From assembly GCA_002497295.1 (NCBI GenBank), contig DANO01000018.1, positions 11,909-75,908 of the forward strand: 64,000 nt of DNA, in the 5' to 3' direction. Under the pieces are notes generated by a model, which was not told where the DNA came from, made no database searches, and saw only the letters and a list, made by a program, of their open reading frames with translations. Source of the stretch: Euryarchaeota archaeon UBA171 (GTDB lineage: Archaea; Thermoplasmatota; Poseidoniia; Poseidoniales; Thalassarchaeaceae). Each line of letters opens with the position of its first letter. Position 1 is the first letter of the stretch. The translations under genes and the position numbers were made by a program. This document shows, piece after piece, positions 28,075-36,556 of this stretch.

Positions 28075-29235
28075 TCAATCTCGTGACACCAACATCCCTA
28101 CTGCATTTCCGCCACCGAGGCACAGTGTGACGATTCCAAGAGACCCTCCAGTTCTTTCTAGAGCATTCAGCAGACTCATCAGGCATCTAGCCCCAGAAGC
28201 CCCCAGCGGATGCCCCATCGCAACAGCACCCCCATGCACATTGAAACAATCATGATCAATCCCGAAATGTCCACGTATGCCACAAGACGCTGTAGCGAAT
28301 GCCTCATTGTGCTCGTAAAGATCGATATCTCGAGCCCCCAGACCGTTTCTTTCCAACAGAGATTGTATGCACGGTATTGGTGCAGACATCACCCTTGAAG
28401 GTTCGACCCCCGACGTTTCAAAGTCAATAATTCTAGATATAATTGGCCAACCTTCTCGTTTTGCAGTCTCTTCAGAACAAATCAACAGTGCTGCCGCACC
28501 ATCACTCACCTGACTTGAGTTCCCAGCAGTGACTACTCCTCCATCCAGGAAGACCGGCCTAAGGCCGGAGAGAATCTCAATTGTCGAATTATCTCTGATG
28601 CCCTCGTCCCTACTGAGGTTTGGCATTGTTATCGCTTCCTTCTCCATCCATCCATTGCGCCATGCGGTCGATGCCCTGCTGTGAGATTGAAGCGCATATC
28701 CGTCGGCATCAGATCTCGATACTCCTTCTTCAATAGCGATATTTTCTCCAGTAATGCCCATTGACTCGCCGCTAAACGCGTCCCTCAAACCATCATGCTG
28801 CATTACTGATACAAGGCTTGAGTATTCTACAGACTCCCCTTTAGATGCATCCCGAGCTATCATCGGAGCATTCGTCATTGACTCCATGCCGCCTGCAATT
28901 AAGACATCAGACCGCCCTGCTTCAATTTCCGATGCAGCTATCATGACTGCCTTCAATGAGGAACCGCATACCTTGTTCAGAGTAGTGGCAGGGGTCTTCA
29001 GGGGGAGCCCCGCACCCAGTGCGGCTTGTCTAGCAGGAGCTTGCCCGGCACCCCCCTGTAGGACCATCCCCATGTATACGCCATCGACAACTCCAGATTC
29101 AGGAGGTATTTTCATGGATTCTAGCAATCCAGATATTGCCATAGTTCCTAGCTGCACGGCGGAATATTCCGAGAGACTACCCCTATACTTGCCAAAGGGG
29201 GTGCGAGCATAACCCGTAATCACTGCCACTGTCAC
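28075..29235 (-). CDS. Acetyl-CoA C-acetyltransferase (thiolase II, bacterial type)
   Basis: Active-site contexts NKVCGSSLKAV, GNSSQVSDGAAALL, NEAFA, HGGAVAMGHPLGASG, CLGGGNAVGMLV. Confidence 0.9.
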   Translation of the reverse strand: MTVAVITGYARTPFGKYRGSLSEYSAVQLGTMAISGLLESMKIPPESGVVDGVYMGMVLQGGAGQAPARQAALGAGLPLKTPATTLNKVCGSSLKAVMIAASEIEAGRSDVLIAGGMESMTNAPMIARDASKGESVEYSSLVSVMQHDGLRDAFSGESMGITGENIAIEEGVSRSDADGYALQSHSRASTAWRNGWMEKEAITMPNLSRDEGIRDNSTIEILSGLRPVFLDGGVVTAGNSSQVSDGAAALLICSEETAKREGWPIISRIIDFETSGVEPSRVMSAPIPCIQSLLERNGLGARDIDLYEHNEAFATASCGIRGHFGIDHDCFNVHGGAVAMGHPLGASGARCLMSLLNALERTGGSLGIVTLCLGGGNAVGMLVSRD

Positions 29236-29304
29236 GAGCCACCCTAGTACCGAGCCGATTTCAATAGTACGGTCACAAAGGTGAGCGGCAATAATCAGGT
29301 TCCT

Positions 29305-30390
29305 TTACTCGGAACCCGAAGAGAAGCTGTAGAATTCTGGTCTTTCAATCTCTGGCCTCAGTTCCGGCCTGACTAAGACTGTTCGAATACCCCACAAGTC
29401 CGTGAATACACGGTAGGCAGCTGTGGCATCAAGATAATCGACGCCAGATGATCCTCCCGTGCCTACCCTTCTCCCGATAATCCTCTCAACCATCCTTGCA
29501 TGAGCATGCCTCCATTTTACCATAGCCTCTTCAAGCTCCACAACAGCGTCAACAAGTGCTCTTGGCCAAGTTAAAAGGGGCAATTCTCGATACGATTCTA
29601 TGAATAAGAGCCCTGCTCTAAATCTATCCAACTTACCATCTGGAAGAAGAAAACTCCTCACTTGGATTCTAGCCCCTTCAAATCTACCTTTGATCGCCTC
29701 TGGAGGCATATCGCTAGATTGAAGCATAGCCGCCTCTTGATCTTTCGAATGCCTTTCGAATGCATCCAGGTGGTCGCTGACATATTTCGATACGACGTCC
29801 GAATCCCCCTCATCACCGGGATTAGAGCCCATAATCGGAGTTCTATGCACCCACGCCCTCACTACCTCATGTAGCGACGGCTTCTCACTGGCACGAATTA
29901 GACGATCAAGAGCATGTTTTTGAGTTGGATCTTTTTCTGCAATTTTCCTAAATTGAAGAAGCGGATCGAAATTAGAACCTCTCATTTCGGGCGTGAGTCC
30001 AAGAACAATTTCCAACTCCCTCATTTGATACGATTCAAAACCTGATGCCGTCCCCAATCCATCCCTGAATGCAAGAAAGCCCTGGGGTGTTAGAGTTTCA
30101 AGAACGCCCCACTGGTGGGCCATTAGTTGGAATATCTCAGTTATACGGCGCATCCCATGGACGCAGGATGGAATCGCCTCTTCTGGCACTGAGGAGGCTC
30201 CCAACTCATCCCGAACTCCCTCTAATTCTTTGATGACTTGCTTAAACCATAGCTCGAAGGTCTGATGGACTATGATGAAGTGCATTTCATCTCTTGAGAC
30301 TCCTCTTTCATCGCCCTGAAGCTGTAGTAAACGATCCAACTCGAGATAGGTCCCGTAGGTCCAATTGCCATCGGACTTGTCTCCGGCCAT
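29305..30390 (-). CDS. kynA: Tryptophan 2,3-dioxygenase
   Basis: YGTYLELDRLLQLQ....DEMHFIIVHQTFELWFKQ is the signature N-terminal region of TDO. The later HRTP...GSSG region (GTGGSSGVDYL) fits the heme-proximal part; 361 aa. Confidence 0.8.
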   Translation of the reverse strand: MAGDKSDGNWTYGTYLELDRLLQLQGDERGVSRDEMHFIIVHQTFELWFKQVIKELEGVRDELGASSVPEEAIPSCVHGMRRITEIFQLMAHQWGVLETLTPQGFLAFRDGLGTASGFESYQMRELEIVLGLTPEMRGSNFDPLLQFRKIAEKDPTQKHALDRLIRASEKPSLHEVVRAWVHRTPIMGSNPGDEGDSDVVSKYVSDHLDAFERHSKDQEAAMLQSSDMPPEAIKGRFEGARIQVRSFLLPDGKLDRFRAGLLFIESYRELPLLTWPRALVDAVVELEEAMVKWRHAHARMVERIIGRRVGTGGSSGVDYLDATAAYRVFTDLWGIRTVLVRPELRPEIERPEFYSFSSGSE

Positions 30391-30484
30391 GGCTGTCGAG
30401 AGACGCTACACCTTATCAGTTGAGTCTGCCACCTACCGATCTATTTCGACCGAATCAACATACCATGGCATTCATATCCTCTCG

Positions 30485-31060
30485 ATGCAACCATATTATG
30501 TGATTTACATCCCAGATGCTATTCCTGTGTCTGAAGATCTCAATCTAAGAGCTGCCCGACTCGATGATGCGATTAAACTGTTCAGGGTCGTCAATAAAAA
30601 TAGAATATTTCTGAGAAAACATCTGCCCTGGCTCGATGATACAAATAGCATATCTGACGAGACTGACTTCATCCTCGATCAATCCGAGAAAGCCAATAGA
30701 ATGGAGGCCATGCTATTGCTGCTCGAATATAAGAATGAAATCGTGGGGACATTGAGCATAAATCGAATCGATCATGGGAATAGAACTGCGTGGATAGGAT
30801 ATTGGTTGGATCAAGATCATTGCGGAAATGGCTTGATGACTAGATCGGCAGGCGCATTGATAGATGTTCTACTGAATGCCTGCGCATTCCATCGAGTTGT
30901 GATAGAAGCAGGCATCGACAATCTGCCCTCCAGAGCGATACCGGAGAGGCTAGGTTTCCGAGAAGAAGGCGTGAGCGTCGAGAGAGAATGGCTCTACGAT
31001 CATTGGATTGATATTGTTCAATATGCAATAACTGCTAGAGAATGGAATATCATCCATTAA
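30485..31060 (+). CDS. GNAT family N-acetyltransferase (RimJ/RimL-like)
   Basis: LRAARLDDA...FLRKHLPWLD...WIGYWLDQDHCGNGLMTRSAGALIDV...N.PSRAIPERLGFREEG. The ORF track start (30365) overlaps the divergent kynA start, so ATG 30485 is preferred. Confidence 0.7.
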   Translation: MQPYYVIYIPDAIPVSEDLNLRAARLDDAIKLFRVVNKNRIFLRKHLPWLDDTNSISDETDFILDQSEKANRMEAMLLLLEYKNEIVGTLSINRIDHGNRTAWIGYWLDQDHCGNGLMTRSAGALIDVLLNACAFHRVVIEAGIDNLPSRAIPERLGFREEGVSVEREWLYDHWIDIVQYAITAREWNIIH

Positions 31061-33156
31061 GCCTTCAGAAGCCCGTGATCTATCAGATCACAATTTCCCG
31101 ACGGGAGTGCAGCAAGAACTTCGCCGTGATCAAGCCCTGTAGCTTTCGATATACGCCTTGCGATATCTTCTTTCTTTTCTTTTCCAGGGGTTATCTCCGC
31201 CCAACGACTGCATAAATTGCCAATTGCAGATACGGAGCCGGGTACAGGCATAGGAATGCCATTAACCGTCCCCAGTCCGATTGCCATTTTCAATACAAGA
31301 TCCCGGTGCCACCCCCTGGTGCCTCGTACCACGAATGAACCTCTGCCCAGTGATTCTCCACTTTCTGTGGCCTTGCTTACTTGAGCGGGCCGGACATGGA
31401 AGGCTGTCGCAGCTGCCGAACCAGCCCCCCATGCTCTTGACCAGCATGCTGCTAAAGCCGCCGCCTCTTCTTTCTCATCTTCTGAGAGCATCTGAAGGTC
31501 TTCAGGAGCCCCATTTATGGACTGTATGATCCTGAAATTACAAACTCCTTCTAAAGCAATATCGTCATCTTCCCCCAGTTCCAAACCATCCACTCTCTTG
31601 AGGGCGCATGAGGCTGCTCCATGGAGATCGGCATGAAGATATAGATCGCCTGTTGAAAGATGCCTTTTCACCACCGCATCGTTACCGCGGGCATCTCTCC
31701 CGCCCACCATCAACCTGCCCGGGCCCACAATGCCCCATCGATAGCGTTCAAACCAAAACCTCCTGGTTCTACGTACTGATACTATCTTACCCTTATTACG
31801 CTCTTTTTCAGCTTTAGAAGAAATCTTCTTTTGCTCACTTTCCGTCTTCTGTAGTGCCTTTCTGGCTCCTTCTGCCTTGGCCTTCAGCGTATGTGCTCGT
31901 TCAAAGTAATCTTGGGCACTCTGATGCACTGTGCCCTCTATCGAAATCAGTACCTCTTGACCAGGCTTCCCATCTGAATCAGGCATGAGTACCTTTGCGT
32001 TCTTACTGGCTGGGTCAATCTTTGAAATCCATTTTGAAACGGATGCCTGTTCCGATGTCAAAGACCATCCGACCTTGGATACTTGTTGTTCAATCTGAGA
32101 TCTTATCTCTTCAAGATGGACCCATTCTTCAAGCATGGACGAGCCCTTCTTCTGGAGTACCGAAGCCTCCTCCACGAATGACTCTATACCCTCTCGTTGT
32201 TGATTGGCTCTTCGAGCTAGCCTGTCATCGTCCCTGCCCCCTTCTTCTTCTAGCACCGCTTCTTCCACTCTTCTGGCCAGGGCTTTTGCATCATGTTCAC
32301 CGTAGATTGAGTCAATGGCTGCACACAGGGACTCGGCAGCCTCTCGAGCAAGACCCTCACCTGGTGAATGGGTGAATGGTGAGAACAACTTGTTTGAGGC
32401 CCCTTCACCTTCGGACCATATCGAACCTTCCCCTATCTTGTCAGACTCCTCCATAAGGGTTTGAATGGTCTCTATTAGCGAGGACCGCTCCTTATCGCCA
32501 AGATCCGGGATTGAAGATCGCGGGTCAATTTCTGAAATTCTACACACCAACTCTGCATATCTTCTCCCGAGATTCACTCTCCCAGCGAGGGTACGCTCCA
32601 AGTCGCGATCACCTTCTTTGAAAAGATCGGATAACCCCTTCTCATCAAGTGTGCGGGGATCTGTAGCGGAAGGAGGCGGCGAATAACGCTCTCCTCTTTT
32701 TAGCACCCTGCTTCTGTAGGCTGCACTGGTGAGTGGTTGGATGATGATATCTTCATCATCAATCAGAATCGCATTACCGTCTCTGAACATCTCGATAATA
32801 AGTGAAATTTTTCCCCGCCCATGCTCAAAATCAAGTCGAAGAACTCTGTCAAATCCTATCTGGAGAACTCCAATTAGTCGTGCATTTCCGAGATATTTTC
32901 TCAAAGTCATTGCAAACGAGGAAGGATTTTGGGGCATAGGGCGATCTCGTTCGGAAAGATAGACCCTCTTGCCCCTTACGATTACAAGATCAACCGGACT
33001 CGAGCCGCTTTTTTTCATTCTGAGTACGACCTGCTCATAATGCGGCTGATATGCCTTCTGAGCACGTGCGCCAACCAGTTGCTCAAGTTCGACGCGCACT
33101 CTCGCTACATCAAAGGCGGACATTGCAATTTCAGATACCATATTCGTCCCCCTCAC
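31057..33156 (-). CDS. Rqc2/NEMF/FbpA (NFACT) family ribosome quality-control protein homologue
   Basis: NFACT-N-like N terminus (SAFDVARVRVELEQLVGARAQKAYQP...VLRMKK), central coiled coil, and NFACT-R/DUF814 motif (GRDARGNDAVVKRHLSTGDLYLHADLHGA); 699 aa. Confidence 0.75.
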   Translation of the reverse strand: MRGTNMVSEIAMSAFDVARVRVELEQLVGARAQKAYQPHYEQVVLRMKKSGSSPVDLVIVRGKRVYLSERDRPMPQNPSSFAMTLRKYLGNARLIGVLQIGFDRVLRLDFEHGRGKISLIIEMFRDGNAILIDDEDIIIQPLTSAAYRSRVLKRGERYSPPPSATDPRTLDEKGLSDLFKEGDRDLERTLAGRVNLGRRYAELVCRISEIDPRSSIPDLGDKERSSLIETIQTLMEESDKIGEGSIWSEGEGASNKLFSPFTHSPGEGLAREAAESLCAAIDSIYGEHDAKALARRVEEAVLEEEGGRDDDRLARRANQQREGIESFVEEASVLQKKGSSMLEEWVHLEEIRSQIEQQVSKVGWSLTSEQASVSKWISKIDPASKNAKVLMPDSDGKPGQEVLISIEGTVHQSAQDYFERAHTLKAKAEGARKALQKTESEQKKISSKAEKERNKGKIVSVRRTRRFWFERYRWGIVGPGRLMVGGRDARGNDAVVKRHLSTGDLYLHADLHGAASCALKRVDGLELGEDDDIALEGVCNFRIIQSINGAPEDLQMLSEDEKEEAAALAACWSRAWGAGSAAATAFHVRPAQVSKATESGESLGRGSFVVRGTRGWHRDLVLKMAIGLGTVNGIPMPVPGSVSAIGNLCSRWAEITPGKEKKEDIARRISKATGLDHGEVLAALPSGNCDLIDHGLLKA

Positions 33157-33163
33157 GCGGTCC

Positions 33164-34183
33164 CTATGGCCACCGAAGATGCTTCCGGTTGGATGAGCAA
33201 GTCACAACATACTCGCCCGACGGCCCTGGAAGCGCCTCTAATGCGCCGCCACATTCTGGACAAATTGCTTGTTCGGCCAACTCTTCAACCCAGGCCCGGC
33301 GAGTTTCCATCTCGTCACCTTCCTCCCTCAGTCTTCTGAGTATCCTTTTCACGGGATCTGAAGGATTCAATCCTCTTTCCTGCCAAGGATCGATTCCAAT
33401 CGGCATCATTCCCCGTGCTTCGTCTAGCTCAAAATCTCCTTCTAGCGGAACATTGCCACTTCGGGCAATCGGTCTAATCAGAACATATGCTCCGAAGAAG
33501 CCCCCTACGTGAGCTAGATGAGCAATCCCCGTTGACTGCCCCAGACTTTCCACTTCGTACATGGTATAGATTTCAAATCCTAACTTGATTAGAGTGATCA
33601 GCCATACCGGCCATGCTTTGATTAGAAACAGCAGAGGGAACTCGATTTCGTCTCTCGGCCAACCCGCCATGTACGCACCAAGCAGTCCGAATGCAGCGCC
33701 ACTCGCTCCCAAAGATGCCGTCGGATCTCCGATATGAGTCCCGACCCATGAGACGTTACCCGCTAGAAGCCCGACAAAGTAGATCGCCATCCATCTTTTA
33801 CCCCCCAGTCGCTGTTCAAGAGGAACACCGACTAGCGCTATAACGAGAATATTGCTAAGAACATGGAACCAATCAGCATGGAGCCAACCCGCAGTAATCC
33901 ATCTGTGAACCATACTAGGTTCGAAGGCAATAGCTGGTATCAACGAAAGAAATGCAATCGGCTCAAACGCTATTCCCAGTAAATCTACCCCGGCTTGGAA
34001 GAATGTAACTAGTAGTAGAGATAGAACAGTCGCAAGAGCAAGACTGACCCCTGAACGGACGGCATAGACATAGGGCCCGAATGCGAAAATCAAGAGAACA
34101 CTGAGCGTGACAAAGTCGCCCGGCGTCAAGTCGCCCCAGTATATCTCCACACTTCTCCCCGGATCAAGACGGTTGAAGCCCAT
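33164..34183 (-). CDS. Rhomboid family intramembrane serine protease with C-terminal cytosolic zinc-ribbon-like extension
   Basis: WLHADWFHVLSNILVIALVGVPLEQRLG, catalytic GASGAAFGLLGA, and AHLAHVGGFFGA. The C-terminal ~100 aa are soluble and contain CPECGG...TCSSNRKH. ATG 34183 is preferred over the TTG at 34213. Confidence 0.8.
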   Translation of the reverse strand: MGFNRLDPGRSVEIYWGDLTPGDFVTLSVLLIFAFGPYVYAVRSGVSLALATVLSLLLVTFFQAGVDLLGIAFEPIAFLSLIPAIAFEPSMVHRWITAGWLHADWFHVLSNILVIALVGVPLEQRLGGKRWMAIYFVGLLAGNVSWVGTHIGDPTASLGASGAAFGLLGAYMAGWPRDEIEFPLLFLIKAWPVWLITLIKLGFEIYTMYEVESLGQSTGIAHLAHVGGFFGAYVLIRPIARSGNVPLEGDFELDEARGMMPIGIDPWQERGLNPSDPVKRILRRLREEGDEMETRRAWVEELAEQAICPECGGALEALPGPSGEYVVTCSSNRKHLRWP

Positions 34184-34212
34184 GAATAGCCCCTCCGGCC
34201 GTTTGCGGTGCA

Positions 34213-35640
34213 ATGAAAGGAACCTCCGCAGTGGGAGGGCATGTGTCGTACCCGGTGCTTCGCATCAAGGGGGCCACCGTGCTACGGGGTTCTCGGACTG
34301 TTGTGGAAGACATAGATCTCGATGTAATGTGTGGAGAAATACTGTGTCTAACAGGTCCAAATGGATCTGGAAAATCAACACTTTTGGAGACACTCGCAGG
34401 GTTGCATAGTCCGAGATCCGGCGAGGTGGTGGTGCCTCTCCCTGATCAGGAATCAATACCTATTCGAGACTCAAGAGGTAGGAGAACTCCAGTACCCGGT
34501 CTTTCCATCGCACTGCAAACCGATGGTGCATGCTTGGATGAAACGGTGTTTGAGAGACTCAAAACTGCTTCCATGGTCGCTGGAAAATCGCTTACCGATG
34601 AAACAATCTATGCTGCCATGGAAAAGTGGGCGTTGTCTCATAGGTCTGACGACAGACTTGCAGTTCTGTCCCAAGGATTGAGGAAAAGGGTGTCAATACT
34701 TGCTGCAATACTTCCCGCTATACAATCCAGTGAACCGAGAATTGTACTTCTAGACGAGCCAAGTGAAGGTCTCGACTCCGCATCCCGGGATCTACTTCGT
34801 GAATCGATTTTTTCTCTTAGAGAGAAAGGCCATTCAGTTGTCATAGCGACACATGACGATGCCATAACTGAAATTTCTGACAGGAAAGTCGACATATCTG
34901 CGAGGACGATATCGATATCCGGCTCGAATCATTCCGTTGATGACCCCCCGTTTAGAGATGCTGTCCCCATAAGCGGCGCAATATCAGCACTTGGTAGATG
35001 GATACTAGCTCTCGAGATGAGGAATCCAGTGGATACGGTCCAAAGAATAGTTCCAGCACTTCTAGCACTCTTCCTGCTTCGTTCGATAGGGTTGGATGCC
35101 ATCTCAGACGGAGCACCCTCGTCACTCGCATTTTACATCCTGGCTCCTGCATTAATTGCGATCCTCGTACGACCTGCACTCATCGACCGTCTCAAAGAGC
35201 GACGCTCCGGAGATTGGTGGCGAGCCCATCTTGGTCGTTCCATAAGGCCCCTTTCATCAATAGTCGGCTCACCATGGATATTGCCGATTCCATTGACCTA
35301 TCTTTCCTTTATCATTCTCTCAAACGGCTCATCTGATATCGACCCCTCTGCATATGCGTGGTTATGGCTCCCAGCACTTTCCATGTTGGACATAGGAGCT
35401 GCAGCAACTGCGATACATATGCTCGTGTCTGGGTTTGAACGAAGCACTGCAGTTGCAGCATCTCTGATGATGGCCATACTGATCTGGCCATTTCTTCTGC
35501 TGGTGGATGCTACAACCGAGATACTCTACCAAGGAATGTATTTTGACATTGGGTTCGATACGCCCTTGGGTCTGATCATATGCTCAAGTTTGATCGCTGC
35601 ATCAGTATGGGGTGCAGCCGTCATCATACCCGACGAATGA
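34213..35640 (+). CDS. ABC ATPase fused to a polytopic membrane domain (CcmA-CcmB-like heme exporter by context)
   Basis: Walker A GPNGSGKST, signature-like LSQGLRKR, Walker B VLLDEPSEGLD, and H-loop ATHD, followed by ~230 aa with 5-6 hydrophobic helices. Lies immediately upstream of ccmC. An alternative GTG start at 34255 is possible. The CcmB assignment is by position only. Confidence 0.6.
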   Translation: MKGTSAVGGHVSYPVLRIKGATVLRGSRTVVEDIDLDVMCGEILCLTGPNGSGKSTLLETLAGLHSPRSGEVVVPLPDQESIPIRDSRGRRTPVPGLSIALQTDGACLDETVFERLKTASMVAGKSLTDETIYAAMEKWALSHRSDDRLAVLSQGLRKRVSILAAILPAIQSSEPRIVLLDEPSEGLDSASRDLLRESIFSLREKGHSVVIATHDDAITEISDRKVDISARTISISGSNHSVDDPPFRDAVPISGAISALGRWILALEMRNPVDTVQRIVPALLALFLLRSIGLDAISDGAPSSLAFYILAPALIAILVRPALIDRLKERRSGDWWRAHLGRSIRPLSSIVGSPWILPIPLTYLSFIILSNGSSDIDPSAYAWLWLPALSMLDIGAAATAIHMLVSGFERSTAVAASLMMAILIWPFLLLVDATTEILYQGMYFDIGFDTPLGLIICSSLIAASVWGAAVIIPDE

Positions 35641-35679
35641 AGGCATTGATTCATTCATGATGGCTGCGACGGGAAACTC

Positions 35680-36396
35680 ATGGTACGCATTCCCACCCAG
35701 GCCATTGCCTTGTTGGCATTGGGATCCGGAGGCTTAGTTGCAACCATATTCCTCGGAATCACGTGGGCCCCTGACGTCAATCCGAGCCAGTGGAGGGCTC
35801 CTGCTGCATATCGGATAATATTCCTCCACGTGCCCTTTGCCTGGACATCTTTTCTTGCTTTCGGCATGCTTTTTTGGGGATCATTGAGATGGTACCTGCG
35901 CCGCACTGAACGTTCATGGAGGTTAGTTCAAACCGGATCCGATTTGGGACTTCTATTCGGTATTGGAGTCATAACTTCAGGACCAATATGGGGCATGGCT
36001 GAATGGGGCGTTCCCTGGGATTGGGCCGATCTACGGCTCAATACCTTCGCGCTGCTCACCGCTCTTGCACTGTTCATCGTCATGGCGAGGAGATCGCAAC
36101 CGGATCACGATTCAACAAGGGATACTATAGCTGCAGTGGGGTTATTCGGATTCATACTAGTTCCCATCACGGCAGTAGCAACGACTCTGTATCAGAAGAG
36201 ACATCCTGGAGTGGTAATCATAGAAAGCGAGGATTCTGGACTCGATCCGGCCATCCGTGCAGTGATGATGGTAGGATTCATTTCCATCACGCTCCTATTC
36301 ATCGGATTTACGATAATCTCTGACAAACTATATTCTGCAGAGGCTGAGATAGAATTGAACCTCAAGGCCCTCGATGAAATGAATGGGGGCGAGTGA
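35680..36396 (+). CDS. ccmC: Heme exporter protein C (cytochrome c maturation System I)
   Basis: Trp-rich WWD motif GPIWGMAEWGVPWDWADLRLNT (nt ~35989-36039) and the conserved FLHVPFAW histidine motif; six-helix membrane protein of 238 aa. Confidence 0.85.
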   Translation: MVRIPTQAIALLALGSGGLVATIFLGITWAPDVNPSQWRAPAAYRIIFLHVPFAWTSFLAFGMLFWGSLRWYLRRTERSWRLVQTGSDLGLLFGIGVITSGPIWGMAEWGVPWDWADLRLNTFALLTALALFIVMARRSQPDHDSTRDTIAAVGLFGFILVPITAVATTLYQKRHPGVVIIESEDSGLDPAIRAVMMVGFISITLLFIGFTIISDKLYSAEAEIELNLKALDEMNGGE

Positions 36397-36556
36397 ATTG
36401 ACAGGGGAGACACACCTCATTGTAGCATACGTCATCTTGATCGGCTCTCTCGCACTTTATGGGAATTGGTTGCGGTCGAGATACCGCAATATTGCAAATT
36501 CACGGGCCAGCACCCTTGAAGCCCGAACCCCCCACCCTCGTGATGGCGAGGACTGA
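36383..36556 (+). CDS. Small single-TM protein, CcmD-like by position (below the ORF-track length cut-off)
   Basis: Hand translation: MGASELTGETHLIVAYVILIGSLALYGNWLRSRYRNIANSRASTLEARTPHPRDGED (57 aa). It has one TM helix followed by a basic stretch, as in CcmD. It overlaps the ccmC 3' end by 14 nt, and its TGA shares one nt with the next ATG (TGATG at 36554-36558). Confidence 0.4.
   Translation: MGASELTGETHLIVAYVILIGSLALYGNWLRSRYRNIANSRASTLEARTPHPRDGED

Noticed and set aside
29305-30390. Reading kynA (29305-30390) plus the HMSD-type ALDH (48092-49540) as a complete kynurenine/2-aminomuconate pathway
   Set aside because: The two genes are 18 kb apart on unrelated transcription units. No formamidase, kynureninase, KMO, HAAO or ACMSD gene is visible, so a pathway claim would be over-interpretation.
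34184-34213. Rhomboid start at TTG 34213, sharing its first base with the divergent ccmA-like ATG
   Set aside because: Divergent genes with overlapping start codons leave no promoter space. ATG 34183 (MGFNRLDPG) precedes the first TM helix at a normal distance.
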